NCBI GenBank assembly: GCA_964036045.1
Contig: OZ038378.1
Location: 165,292,001-165,356,000 of the forward strand
Length of the DNA: 64,000 nucleotides
Source: Eutreptiella sp. 'Long Island Sound 2002'
Taxonomy: Eukaryota; Protista; Euglenida
Direction of reading: 5' to 3'
The position numbers and the translations under genes were made by a program. The first letter of the stretch is position 1, and every line of letters starts with the position of its first letter. The notes beneath the pieces are model-generated. The model saw only the letters and a list, made by a program, of their open reading frames with translations, was not told the DNA's origin and made no database searches. Shown one piece after another: positions 48,714 to 61,814 of this stretch.

Positions 48714-51093
48714 GCTCGGCACATAAGCAAGTTTCGCTTAGTCAAGGCATGGGCCGGAGATGGGCTGGTACTGTGGATTACTTCGCTCGATGACGTGTGG
48801 GTAACATGTGCATGTGTGTGTGCCAACGGCGCCGTTCTGGACAAGTGAGGGGGTGCCTCGTGCGCTGTGCGCAAATTTGGCCCCTTTTTGACACCCGGAC
48901 CTTGAGTTCGGGATATAGACTCATCCGCGCTCTCTGAGGGTTGTTAGCATGATTTCCCCTCCTTTTGGACCATGTTTGAAGCCCATAGCACCGCACATTT
49001 TCAGCTTTTGGCCCAGGCGTGTGGTGGTTTTGGTGAACGGTGGTGTTGGGTCTATGTCCAGTAAAGTCTGCCAAATCATTGGCGCTGTGTGCGCGTGCTG
49101 TGCACAAAATCCCCCTGAGACAGATCGATTGTGCGCCGGCTTGTGCAAACACCGACACCTTGTCTGGCTGTGCTTTTTGTTAGCAATGGATTTCACAGCA
49201 CCAAAATGGAAGTAACATCAATAAGCGCTGTAGATTCCAGATGTCTGTGTTACAATTCTATTCTTCTGATTCTGTTCAGAGGTGTTGTTTGTGTGCCTGC
49301 CCATTGATTTACCTTTTCCCTGATTGTTGCTTTGCCCACAGACATGGATGCGCGGTTCAATCTGGTCGCCATGTTGTGTATCACTGGTGTTCGGGTCAAG
49401 AGGTACCGTGTAAGTTGTGTGCATCTCCTATCGCAACAGGACCGGATTTCCTTACAACTACGCGTTACCCTCGGGGCGAACATGTGACATCCGATGTTCC
49501 TCTCAGCCGAGTTCCATTTCCGATCCTCCTCCGCAATTTCGCCAGACCTGTCACCGCCTCGTGACACACGCGGTTGATGTCAAGAGCGCTCAGGAAGACG
49601 CCAGGCACACTGCCGCGGCCCCTCCTGCAACGCCACCCTCCGCTGGCATTCCACAGGCCCAGACCAAAAGGCACACACAAGACATCTCAGACATCTCATG
49701 ATGCGCATGTGCAGGAGATTCGCATGTGGCGCGACGTGGGAAAGGGCCGAACAGTCGTGCACATTGAAGCTAAACCACACTTCCTCTTTGCCCGTGGTTT
49801 GGAGAGACATGTGTTGTGATGTGCCACAGCGTACGTGCCACAGCACATCCGCTGTGTGGGCGTATGTGCGTGGCACATGCGCACTCCTTCTCCAAAGACG
49901 GACACGCCGTCTGACGGTGCTTTTGCTACACTTTGCTTGTCTCTTGACCAACGAGTGCGAGGGGCGGCAGCAATCCTCTGCCGCCGTCTCTGGTGGCCTG
50001 AGTAGCGCCCAACTCCTTGTCTGGAGTCAGTAGAGGGAGAATGCAACAGTAACAATGGAGAATTGGAGCATTTTGGAGAAGTGTACCGTTTGTGGGTTTG
50101 TGCAACAGCATCTTGATCTCATTCCTCCCAAACCGACACTGCCGCATCAACGCGGGCGGGAAATTCCTGACCATCCGTCTAACCGTCAGCCCTTGTCCAT
50201 GTGTGCATGTGTGCTTGCCCCCGGTGAGGAGGCGTACTACATTGGTCCACTCAACTTCTTTCTCTTTCTCGCTCTGGTCTCATCTCTGCCTTTACCAAAG
50301 CAGTAGGTGATTGCCTTTGCGCTTTCACGCCCGTGTCTCTTGTCATCTCTGACCCCTTCAGGCGACACCAGAGTACACAGGCGGGTTGGGTTTGTGTGCA
50401 GTGCCATGAGTATTGGTCCGGTTTTTGTCGTCTTGTTGGGCAGCCTGACGCTTCCTCTTCCTTTCCCTCCCCAAGGGTCCGTGGAGAAAGACTCCTCCAT
50501 CTGCGGTTTCATACGTCAGCCTGCAGAGCTGCCTGTGCTATATCAGGGGATGGATGAAGGTACTGACCAGTATTGCCTCTCCTTGAGGTCATCGCCGTGT
50601 TGCCTCTTATCCTGAGGAATGACACACGTGGGCGAATATGTCTCCTCCATCCGTCAATCTGACGATTATGTCCAGCCAGCTGTGGTGGATTGAATGCATT
50701 GACTGCTAAAACGCACTCCACAGTGCTTGCATCATAGACACCAGGGATGCAGGCGAGCACGCCGTACAACAGCCTACTGTAGGGGACCGTTGTGTGCGTT
50801 GACCGTCGTGTGACCTGTGTTGTTTTGAAGGCAGCTCCCACGTGCCTGGATGAGAAAGGAATACGGTGCCTGAAAAGGTTGTCTGTCACCAACTCTTGTC
50901 GGGGCCACGTGCTCCCGCCCGTCATGGGGTTGTCCGCTTTGTGCAGTGCCTGTCTGAGGGGAGGCAGGATCAGAGGAATCAGCCAAACCTTTCACATTTT
51001 TCTGCATGCCTCATGAACCCACACTACGAAGTGCAAGGGAATCACGCTGCGTAAATACCTCTGATTCAAAGAAAGAATGTTGCCCCCTTTACA

Positions 51094-51823
51094 GACCATG
51101 GGACCATGTTCTGCCTCATTTTTGGAAGACGACTGATGCAAGCGACGCACCCGCCGCGCAAGATTAGGGGGGTGGATGAGGCTGATGTTTGTGCATTGTG
51201 TTGCCAAAAGCGCCCCACCACACTTTGTGGTCAGTGCTATGAGCATTATTGTGCTGATTCTATTCACCTGCACACTTGTGGGGACAGCACTGTCTACCAG
51301 GGAGGCTTCTCTAGGGGAGGGTAAAACTGGGGCTTGAGTCAGGACACTTCATCAGGAAGTAGTGCGCAGTCAGATGGCTCCACGTTGTCACGCTGTCTTG
51401 TTGTCCTGACCGCACACCCAGGCGCTGTATGCGGGGGTTTCCAATCCAGCTGCCAAGGGACGTTTTGAGATATGCAGTACAGGCTGTGTGTTTCACTGAC
51501 ACTGCCTTTGAACGCTGCTGTCATCTGTTGTCGTGTGCTTCTTCGATTCATTACCGCTGCATTGTACGCATAATTGTGATGACCAGTTTCAGAAAGGTGC
51601 CTGCCTATTTATATGCATGTTTTGTGTGCACTGGCGTTATTTGGTTGACGGTCATTTGTGCCTTTGCTGTTTTGTGTTTCATGCCGCACCAACCGTTGTG
51701 GCACTGTCGGAGATGCATTTCTTTCGCAAGTACCCCCCTTGTCCAAAGCCAGGACTGGATGCTGCTGTTCATTGTAGTGGACAGCCATAGTGCAATTGTG
51801 CCAGTGGATCGGTCGGCACATGT
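51094..51823 (+). repeat. Copy B of the duplicated segment (empty site)
   Basis: Near-identical to the two flanks of the MITE in copy A. Confidence 0.9.
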
Positions 51824-53638
51824 CGCTCATGCCGCACCAACGGTTGTGGCACTGTCCCCCCATTGTCCCCCTTGGCGCATCATCAGCCTCGGTTACATAC
51901 ACTGTAACAAGTAACAATGATGCCTTCCTACCCCCTTGTAATGTTCCCCCCTTGCAAATCCCCCCACCTCCTGGGGGGGAACGGTCATTTGGCCCAAAAA
52001 GCATAGAAAACACGAGGCGCCAAAGGTACCAAAGCTGATTTACACTGTGATACTTTGGTACAGTTTCGTGGTGCAACCCCCCCCCCCCCGTGGGGGGGAA
52101 CCGTCACGACATTGGTGGGAGATTACAAGGGGGGGGAAGGTGCTTATTTCCCTCAATGTGACGTTCCTGGTCCCCCCTTTCTGCTGTTGTGGCAACTCTT
52201 CACTGCATTCCCAACTTGTGTTGAAGTGCTTTTGCCACAAATGCACGGCCATTCAGCGCCAACCATGTTGTATTTTAGCGGATCCACTTTTGCGGCCAGC
52301 ACTTCCACATGTGAACGCGATCTTCAGAAGGACAATTGAGTTTCAGAAAAACAATTGTGGTTGTCCACTGCTGCCATCCTGATTGCTGTGTTGCCACCCA
52401 TTTTAACTAGTTGTTTTCTGGAGGTTGAAGATTGGGGAATCACCTGCTGAGTAGTGCATTCAGGATGCAACAGTCACTGCTTTTCACTGTTCTATGGCCA
52501 AGCAACACCTATGTCCAAGCAACACTAGGTGTTGGTTCCGTCAATTTTTGCACCGTTGATTTTGGCGGTGCGTTTTTCAATTCGTTCTACTGTGTGCCAT
52601 GTGTGCTTCCTGATACCTTGGTTTTGAGAAGCACGAAGTTCATATTTTGTGTCAAGGCAGCTCTGTTGGCCAAGAGGGCATTTGTAGTATGTTTTACCTC
52701 TTGGTTCTCAGAAAAGTACATCATGTCTACACATGCATCACGCAAGTTGCGGCGCGTGAGCAACACCCTTGTCCAAGCAACACCAGGGGCGCCGGATGCA
52801 CCCACACAATCAACAGGGATTGCCTAAGAGGCCGCGAGTGGAACCCGTGTGGGCAGACCTGGGGTTGGAGGAGATGCCCAGTGAAGTGTCGTCATCGGGT
52901 GCCTCCAGTGCCGATCACAGTGAGCTGGAGGGGGGATCGAGTTCCGAGTTGGAAACCACCTCGTGTAGTTCGGAAGAGTCAGGGTCCACGTCAGGAGGGT
53001 CCGTGTTCGACACAGGCTCCAGCCAGTCAGGGGGGTCGGGGTGCAGTACAGAGGTGAGTGACAATCCATATCGGAAGAGACGCCGAGGACTTGGGAGGGA
53101 GGTCTGACATCCGCGGATGGCACTAACCTACCCAGACGCTCAAAGCCCAAATGGAAAAACCGTGGCGGCGCCTCCGGCGCCGTATTCATGGATGAACTGT
53201 GGCGGCGGCTTCGCCGCCGTGCCTGTGACGATGCACTGAATGTGAGGGCATAGGTCTGTCGGTGGGGACCTATCGCTGAACTTTCCACTGTTTATGGCCA
53301 AGCAACACCAGGCGTTGGTTCCGTCAATTTCTGGCCATTTACCGTTGCTTGGACAAGGGGGGGAGGGGGTACAGCTGCCCAGTGGGGCACAGCCTTCTAG
53401 GCGACCAAGGTTCTTGCTCCCAACCCAGTCCGAAAAACATACGATGGCCGAGTTGTCAGCGACTTCGAGGCACCATTCGGAACTGGTGACGAGCAATGAC
53501 CGCATGCCTGTGTCGCGGGGGTACACGGGAGCGATGCATCCTGCGCTTCACTCCCCATCCGCACACTGCACAGTCCCCTCCCACGCCCCATCCCGCCCCC
53601 AATCCCCGCAACAGACGGCGTCGTTGTTCATCCACCGC

Positions 53639-54379
53639 ATGTCTTCGTCGTTCGTGGCGTCCGCCCAGAATGCCATGGGGACGCTGTGGCAGACGTACCG
53701 CTTCAAAGACCCCGAGTACGAGGCGCAGTACCTGCGGCGCCACCGCACGTCCCTCGTGCGCGTGACCCAGGTCTGGTGCGTCTCCCGCCTCGCCTTCGAG
53801 CTGCTGGTGTTCCTCGGGGCCTACTTCCAGGGGCTGCCCCTGCACACGCTCTTCTCCTTCGTCCCGAACATCGCGGTGGTCCTCGGCGGGCTGCTGGCGG
53901 TGTCGCTCCGCTCGAAGTACACCATCCAAATCGTGAGCGTCGTGGTGGCCGCCATGATGGTCTCCGCCAGCGGGGCCATCCACCTCAACGCCCGGGCCGT
54001 CCTCAGCGAGCTGGAGACGAGCTGCGTCCTGCGCGAGGTCTACGCGGCCCTGCAGGACACCCACCCCGAGGTCGTGGCGCGGCTGCATGCCTTCGTGTCC
54101 CGGTACTGCAGCGCGGCCATCATCGGGTCGCAGATCATCCTCTGCATCCCCCAGCTCCTGCTGCTGGTGTACCTGGGCCTGTACAAGAGCACGGCCCTGG
54201 CCACCATGGCGATGCCCGTCATCTTCGCGGTGGGCGTATGCTTTCACCCGGACCTCGCCCTCGACGTGGCCGTCATCCTCGCCGCCCTCTTCTTCTGCAT
54301 CACGATGTTTCTGTTGGGGGTCCTGCCGCGCCAGTCGTGGCTTCTGCGCTGCGCCTTCTTCAGTGAGCGCTCTTTTGAG
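53639..54379 (+). CDS. Sensor histidine kinase, exon 1 (multi-pass TM input domain, 247 codons)
   Basis: ATG at 53639, very high GC3, several hydrophobic helices. Donor GAG|GTCGTT at 54380, phase 0. An additional upstream exon cannot be excluded. Confidence 0.85.
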
Positions 54380-54530
54380 GTCGTTGTCCCCCCGCCTCCA
54401 CAGCCTTCTCTGCCGTTCCTGCTGCCCCAGCCAGTGTACTGCATTCGCTCGCCGAAGGACAGCTGCATCGTCTACGAATTCAGGGCTGCTGCCCCCCTCA
54501 CCAATCAATCTGGAGTACCTTCTGGCCGTG

Positions 54531-54779
54531 TCTAAGAATAGGGCCCATCCTTTGCACCCACTTTATGATGATGGCAAGGGTGGTGGTTGGAAGTGGTGGG
54601 AGTGACATTTTGTGTTGTTGAATTCTCATATTTCGGCTTATGCAACGTGCAGGGAAGGTTTGCGGTCTAGTGCGGTCTACTTAGGGGACTTCCCTAGGTG
54701 GGGATAAACTTGGGGCTAGAGATAAGATACTTAATACAAAGGTAGTGCGCCGGGCATGCGCCGGGCAAACATTCCCCCT
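54531..54779 (+). repeat. About 250-bp interspersed repeat, copy 2 (in HK intron 1)
   Basis: Matches 42550-42799. Confidence 0.85.
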
Positions 54780-55649
54780 GTGACTGACCTGCGGGTGTGT
54801 GGTCGGGTGTGGGTTGCCGCCTTGTCCTTCTCCATCGCCTGTGATTTCGGCTTTCGTTCTCGTGTCGTGCTCGCTCACCTCGTGGTTCCCCTTCGTCTTC
54901 GCCCTCCACCTCCTCTGCCCCCGTTCCTTTCCTCCTCCCCTTCCTCTTCCGCCTCCCCTTCCCCCGCCTCTTCAATCGTGATCGATTCTGCAAAGGCCGG
55001 GCGCATGAAGGTTTTTGCACCGTAAGAACCGCATCCCCGGACACCCTCCATGACCCCCACCGGAGATTCCGCACCATCACCGCCGTCAAGAGCGGCCGTG
55101 GTACCCGTGTTCGGATTGGAGGGTTTATGGTCTGCAGTCCTCCTGTGCCTTGGCCGAGTGAGTCGTTCATGCGGAGGTCGGTCGCACCGTCCACAATGAA
55201 CCCCCCCTGTATGCCATGCCTCCCCTCCCTCTCGCCCCCCCCCCCATTTCCCTGTCCTCTACGGGGCAGTAGGATACATCAGAGCACTTGATCGTCGTGT
55301 ATCAGCCCCAGGCAAGGTGCCCTAATTGACCTACCTAACCGGCGAGCGCCTTACTGCAATGTGCCCTGAAGACACAATGTGTTGACAAAACACGGCTCAT
55401 CAAGCACGGAGAACAATCGGATCAGTGTCCTTCCCCATTATCTCTGGCACTCCCGAACATTGCTGCATATGCATACCAGGTCGTGCATATGTGGAGCGCT
55501 TTGTGACCTGCTTGCGGCCCATTTCCCTCTCTTGAGGCTGCTCTCGGTCCTCCTTCAGTGTACTCCACGCCCCCCCCCCCCCCCTCAGCCCTTGGGGCCC
55601 TTGGGGCGATAGCAGTACAATGGGACATAGATCATTGCGAGGCCTGGAT

Positions 55650-55828
55650 GGCACCTCACCTCCCCTCCCCTCCCTTCCCCTCACCTCACTTTTCCTCACC
55701 CCGCCTCACCTCCGATTACCTCCCCTTACCTCCCCTCCCATCACCTCACCTTCCCTCGCCTCCCGTCCCCTCCCCTCACCTCACCCCACCTCACCCCACC
55801 TCCCCTCACCTCACCCCACCTCACCTCA
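55650..55828. repeat. (CACCT/CCCCT)n pentanucleotide repeat acting as the pyrimidine tract of an HK acceptor
   Basis: Runs directly up to AAG|GCC at 55830. Confidence 0.8.
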
Positions 55829-55830
55829 AG

Positions 55831-56145
55831 GCCGCATTGAACACCGCCCTCCAATCGTCGCGGATGGCGGACAGTATACTGAATCACAAGCTGAAGAACA
55901 CGATGGCGGATGCGACCGGCGATATCGACCTCTTCATCGAGCACGCGGCAAACCCTGAGCATGGGATCGAACCCCCAGTCCTGCAGCCCCTCCACCAAGC
56001 AGGCGCATCGCTCCGGAGGGGCATGCTGTCGTGTCGGCACCGGCAGGCGTACGTGCAGTTGGCGGCCAAGCAGTACACCCCCAACCTCCAGCCCGTGTAC
56101 CTGACGAAGTTCGCGAAGGAGCTCACCGCGGGACGCCAAATGCAG
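55831..56145 (+). CDS. Sensor histidine kinase, exon 2 (H-box DSILNHKLKN, 105 codons)
   Basis: AG at 55829-55830 and CAG|GTGTGG at 56146. Phase 0 at both ends, matching the neighbouring exons. His codon at 55885. Confidence 0.88.
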
Positions 56146-59100
56146 GTGTGGGCACGCGCGCGCCAAGCGGTCGTGATTGTTCTCTCCGCTTCTCGGCGAG
56201 GAAGGCCCCGGTGGCACGGAAGGCACTGCGGTCATAGAGCGGGGGGTGTTTTGGCAGGGGAGAATGTCATTTTTCGGATTGGTGCTGAAGTCTTCCCCAC
56301 GAAGGTTTTCCGCAATCCGGGCCATTTCTTGCTCACAGGGTCGGCAGCAGCATATCCTAAAAGGTTTTTTTGTGTGCCCGCGGTGTATCCCAAGGACTGC
56401 GGTTCTCACAACTGTACACAAGGCACCAAAGTTTTGGGAAATTTTCCCCACCCGAAAATCCACCCCCCCCCCTGTACCGCAAACAGGATGAGGATTTTGA
56501 TTTTTTTTGTCAGAGGCAGAGGAAGCTATTGAAAACCACCAGTCAGATGCTGATTTTAGTACAGCTGTCAGTTCAACACGAAAAAGGAGGTAGTTTGAGT
56601 TGTTTCTCACCACACACAGACACACTTCCCCCCCTCCCCCTGCCTGTGCGTCCCTATGGACTGGAGCCAATGCACAGCAAGTTGGCCAATGAAGTGCCAG
56701 CATCCTGCGAGCTTGAAGTGCAGCATGAAAGTCCTCATCCCCTGATGTAGTATACTATTCAGGCTAGCGGTTTTGGCCGACAAAACACAGCCCAATGAAG
56801 GTACCCTCCCCCCCCCTTGCAATCCCCCCCCCCCTTGCAATCCCCCCCCCCCCCGGGAGACCATCACTTCCATGTTTTTCTAGTTACCATGTATTGTGCT
56901 GGGTTGTGTTGCCCATCTGCTTTAGGCATGGCCTTGCATTGCTTTCCCATTACTTCAAATGAAGCACCTGTGTGTGTTCTGTGATATTCTCGCTCCAAAG
57001 GCCAGCCTCCAAACGGACTGGTCTGGCTGTGCAAGCGGGCGCTAAAGCGGCTGCCTAACCAGCCCCGCACGCTATTGCCTCCTCCTCATCAGCCAGTGCA
57101 ACACACCCCGTGCCTGTCATGCAAACTGAGCACGTGCAACAGTTCAAAGTGTGTTATTCTCTTACCCAGAAGTTCTTTACCGTTCCTTTGGATCCTCAAT
57201 AACATTTGTGTTGCATGAAACACATTTGCACCGCATCAACGCAAAAGTCGCTTCACACGTGTTCTCTTTGCTTGCATCAGTGGAGGGTACCAAAGTTTGC
57301 CTTGAAATACCCTTGCAATCCCCCCCCCCCCCCCGGGAGACCGTCACTTGGCGACCGTCTCCCCCCCCCACCCGGGAGACCGTCGCGCGCTAACCCGGGA
57401 GTTTGCAAGGGGGGGCAGGGTAACAACATGGTCAGGCTTGACAGGCTGTGCATACACCAATGCTTGTGAAGAACTCAGTGTGTCATAGTGGAACTGCCGA
57501 ACATTGCTGCATATTGCACATATGCATACCAGGAGTCCATGTGTGGAGCGCTTTGTTGACCTGCATGCGGCCTGTACCGCGGGGCTCAGCGTTGTGCATC
57601 GGTGTGAAGGGGCCGCCCCCTTTTGTTTCAGCCGATGGCGATCAAGCCGTGCCCCGGGGCTTTTGACTCCGGGTGCGGGGGGTGCGCCATAAAGTCGAAG
57701 TGAATGTCGCGGTTGGTGCTTTCGGGTGTGTGCACGGGTTTTGAGTCGTTGCGCGCTGTGCCCCAAACCAATGGGGAACAGCCGCCTCACCGGGCAAGAG
57801 CGGGACGGTTGTCCCTCTGCGCACAAGTGCCGCTTCTGCCTTGGCGTCCCTCCCACACCGGCGCCGACACTGCTCCGCATTGAACCATTCCCATGACAGT
57901 AAAGGTTGGAGGGCGCTCACCACCACATGTCATGCGTCAAACGTGATACAAAGCCAAGGGTGCTCCGGATCACGAAGTGTTACGCATCATGGGGGGAGCC
58001 CCTGACGCGGTGCCCGCGCGGTGCGTATACCGGGGTTGTTGCATGGACGGTTTCAGCGAAGTTAGAGGCTTCGCGCTGTTGGCGCCCAAGGGTTTGCGCA
58101 AAACTGTGCCTGACGCTGCAGAAGGAGCTTGGGCAGTGTAGCCACATGCAAAATAGGGATTGGTGTGCAATAACGTGTCATCCTTGAGCCTGGTGCTGCA
58201 CTGGTCGCATGTGAGCCCGCCCAAGGGGGCCCTCACACTGCCATAACTCTTCCCCCAGCAACTTCCACCAAGGGACAGTATTTACCAGGGCTTCAAGGGT
58301 AGATCGCTGCCTAGAGAAGTCGGTCAAATACCGCGTGCGCGGTGCACGAACCCCCTCTCAGCGGTGCATTTCCAGGCATTTTGCCATTTGTTTGCGCGTG
58401 CGGGAGCGGGGGGGGGGCGTCTGCATTGCGTGCGCATTACATAAGGCACAAAGAGTGCGTCGCTGCAGCCATTCTACGGGGCTGGTCCACCGCATCGTGC
58501 CCCACATCCGTCCCCGCCACCGTTGGTGCTGTCACATTTTGCACGCCCTCGTGTGGTCGCGGTGCGGTGCGTAGGTACACGCGCCGCACCACCTCATCCG
58601 ACGAACGCCACGTCAGCTCCATCGCTTGCCCCACACCCAAGCGCCCTCCCACCGCCAAGTGGCTCCAAAGGGGGTCACACTTCCACGACGTGGCTGTCCG
58701 TGGGCCCGCATCCTCGAGCCCCGGCTCTTTCCCATTCGTCTGGGTCAGCTCTGCCTTCTGTTCCAATTTAATTGCCAAGCCCTTTGACACTTCACGCTGG
58801 GGCAGATTCAGCCATGACTCTTAGAACTCCTCTTCTTTCATGCAAACACCAACTTCGTTTCGTGTACCCCCACCCCTCATCTCCCCTTGCGAAAAGAACG
58901 CCCCTGTCAAAAGAACACGAGGTGTTGTTTAGACATACCACTAGCGCGTGGCAGGGAAACTTGTGCTCAGTAGCGATCCGCGATACGAAAAGCCACTCAG
59001 TAGTACCCGCCCCCCCCGCACCACCGGAACTCAGTAGGAACGTGCTGTGTTGTGTCCAGCGTGTGGCTCAGTAGGACCCTGCTCCATCTACTCACGTTTG

Positions 59101-59731
59101 AGCGGGCAGACGCTGGTGGCAAGTCTGGTGTTGTCTGCGCAATTTTTCAAAGCCCGGAATTTGGCGGTTCCTTTTTCTGATTGTCTGTGAAGGTTAAGTG
59201 ACCCGGGGCTGGGTCTGGTCTTTCAGGGACGCTGAGTACGGTCCACTGCTTGCCCCTCCCTTCGGTGCGTGATTTTGATGCACCTCCATAGACATGGCCG
59301 TCTGGGCCTTCATGATGCATTGCTTTGCTGCTTGTGTCTTTTCATGGTGCGCGGAAACCAACTCCCCTTGTTGGAACTGGAGGTGTGGTTTCCGTCATTG
59401 GTGGTGGGCGACGACAAGAACTCCGTGCCTCCTTTTCTGTAGTCCCCGATGGTCGGCAGCGCGGTCAGTGGGAATGTATGGCACACCCCTCCCCTTGCTT
59501 GAACATTCATCATGTCCGCCTGCTTGGCATTGAACACGTCGACCAAGTTTTGGAAGCGGTCATGTTGCGTTTTCCTGCAAGCCCGACTTCAGCCACTGAG
59601 TCCACGGGCGGACATGTGAACAAGACTGACACTGTGTTATGCGGGGCGCCAGGCTTGTCGAAGAAGGTCATTGACAGGCGGGAGGGGCGCCCACACCCGC
59701 GCGTCCAGCCATTCCCTCACGCACTCTGCAG

Positions 59732-60094
59732 TTGTTCGTCGAGGACGTCATCGTCTACATCGACCCGATCCTGACCGGCCTCATCCTGGACAACCTCATC
59801 AGCAACGCCTTCCGGCACGGCCGCAGCCCCCACCCAGACGTCGAGCTCCACGTTGATACCAGCGGCCCCGTGTCGCCTCCCGGGAAGACCACGCAGCTGA
59901 GCTTTGCGGTCACCAACGCCGCAAACGCCGCGCGGCCGCCGATCACGCCCGAGTACGTCCAGGAGGTGCTGGCCGGGACGGCCTCGAGGGGGAGGGCCGT
60001 GTCGGCCATGTCCGATCAAATCGGGCTGCAGCACTCGTTCATGGCCGCCAAGGCCCATGGCATGACCCTGTCCCTGCGGCAAGAAGGGGAGCAG
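59732..60094 (+). CDS. Sensor histidine kinase, exon 3 (HATPase_c-like, 121 codons)
   Basis: Acceptor CTCTGCAG|TTG, donor CAG|GTGTGA, phase 0. N-box LILDNLISNAFRHG and G2-like DQIGLQHS. Confidence 0.9.
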
Positions 60095-60939
60095 GTGTGA
60101 TCACTCCTGCTGTCTCGGACTGGGGACCCGGACCCCCCCAGCAGACCCCTTTCCTCCAGGCGAAACAAGGTGAAGCAATCACCACGGTCACTGAACTCAG
60201 TTTCGACTATGGACATGTGCCTAAACCCAAAGAAAGTTGTGTAAGTCTCTTTGGTGCAAAACTGTTCCCACCGTAGCACCAAACGATGAATGGGCACATG
60301 TTTTATGATTCTTCCAGTTTTGGGAGAGATTGAGCTGCTTATGAAGCTGATTCCTGGAGTTATTGATTTTAGGCCCAGGCATCAAAGAAGATAGAGAGGT
60401 GCAATCACTGAGGGGGAGCGTCAGTGCGCCAGGCATCTTTTTGGGCCCTGTTGGGCACCAAAGGGTGTTCAGAGGCAGCTTGGCATCAAAGCGTTGCTTG
60501 TGTTTGCGAATATCTGAACCATGTTGTACAAGAAATTTGCTGGGCTGACAGGTTGAATCCTTTCAACCATTGTCCCCATTTTCCGTTCTTTATGACACGT
60601 TTCACAGACTCCGTGCCCATCCGTTCCATTGGTGGCATATGGAGTGCTGACCTGTGGAATTCTAAGCATGCGTCACATGTTTACAAGGTTACTGTTGCCG
60701 TTGATATGTTGGGATAGTCAATACAAAAGTAGCGCGCCAGGCATGCGCCGAGCGCGCACCGGGCAAACACCCCCCTGAGTTTCTAGCCTACGAGCGCCGT
60801 CCTGTACTGTGCAACAACTCCTTCGGAAAACCACGTTGTAGAACGTGGTCTTTTCATTCCACTTGTCAACCACTTGTCATGGGCGCAATTGTGCCCCGGA
60901 TCTGATTTTGTGGCACAAACCCGGGGGGGGGGGGGTTGG

Positions 60940-61178
60940 GTTGGGTTGGGTCAAGGCCTCATCCGGACCTCCGGGACCACGGACGTCGCCCTTCCCTGCG
61001 CGTCACAACTGGTCCGGTGGGTGCTCGGTTGTCCGGTCTCAAGGCCTACCGGACTGATGACCGCCCCCGTACCAGGGGTGGATATAATAGTGACGACATT
61101 ACCGGGGTGGGGGTGGGGGGGGGGGGGGGGGGGGGCGTTGAGCCGGGAGGCAGTGATGACGGAATGACGATTACGATT
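60940..61178 (+). mobile_element. Short 3'-end relic related to the non-LTR element at 61815-64000, opposite orientation
   Basis: Shares CAGGGGTGGATATA and a GATGAC...GATTACGATT-type tail (about 61155-61176) with the minus-strand element. Confidence 0.45.
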
Positions 61179-61654
61179 GGCACCTTTTTCGCTTTACAGG
61201 TATGTGTGTTCGCAGAGTTGGATGAATCTGCAGCTGCGCTACCACCTGGGTTTTGCACCCCTTTCCTTGCTGTGTCATCACAGATTGTACCCCACAGTCC
61301 CTTGCGCTTTTTCTCCCTTTCCCAGGACATCAAATGCAATTTTGTACCTCCTTGCTGCTTGCAGAAATACCATGGTTTTTCTCCCTTGTTGCGTTCCTGC
61401 TACCAACACAAATGTGGTTGTGAAAACTGTAAACAGTGACAGGGTGCTTTTTTTCCATTTTCGCTTCCGGTGCTGCAGGCCTCTTCCACTTTTTATTTTG
61501 TTCTCTTTGAAATGGAGGAACAAAAGAGAGGCCGCCAAATCTGGACACCGGATAAATGTTCCCATGTGCCCAAGTGTGGAACACGCAACGCCTGCAACAG
61601 TCGCAGGCAGCAGGACAAAAAGTACAGTGTAGTGTTTTGTCAGGGAGGGCAGAT

Positions 61655-61728
61655 CAGTGCAGTAGCACAGTGGTATGATGCCCGGACTTGAGGAATGGGG
61701 GTCCTGGGTTCAATTCCAGCTGGACCCA
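61655..61728 (+). repeat. tRNA-derived SINE-like head
   Basis: A-box TAGCACAGTGG at 61663-61673 and B-box GGTTCAATTCC at 61707-61717. The T and acceptor stems are mispaired. Confidence 0.55.
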
Positions 61729-61814
61729 AACTGCTGGCGCTTTTTTTGGCCATCAGACCTGGCGCTTTTTTTTTGTCAAACTGCCGACAAAACTGCCGTT
61801 CAGTCACACGGGTG

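Noticed and set aside
52790-53107. Ser/Glu-rich ORF with basic clusters (PKRPR...RKRRR) as a transposase N-terminus
   Set aside because: Low complexity only, with no catalytic motif or element ends nearby.
53456-54508. 350-aa minus-strand ORF
   Set aside because: Antisense shadow of HK exon 1, caused by its high GC3.
61030-61095. Hammerhead ribozyme (TCCGGT...ACCGGA-CTGATGA-stem-GATA)
   Set aside because: CTGATGA and two plausible stems are present, but GAAA is GATA, the cleavage triplet would be UUG, and stem III does not form. At best a dead relic; an Infernal search with Rfam hammerhead models would settle it.
61199-61290. Next histidine-kinase exon (VCVFAELDESAAALPPG...)
   Set aside because: An AG is present, but GC3 is much lower than in the other exons and there is no receiver-domain acidic pair.
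215-61728. Functional tRNA genes at 215-282, 46570-46640 and 61655-61728
   Set aside because: A/B boxes are present, but acceptor and T stems do not pair. Reported as SINE-like heads instead.
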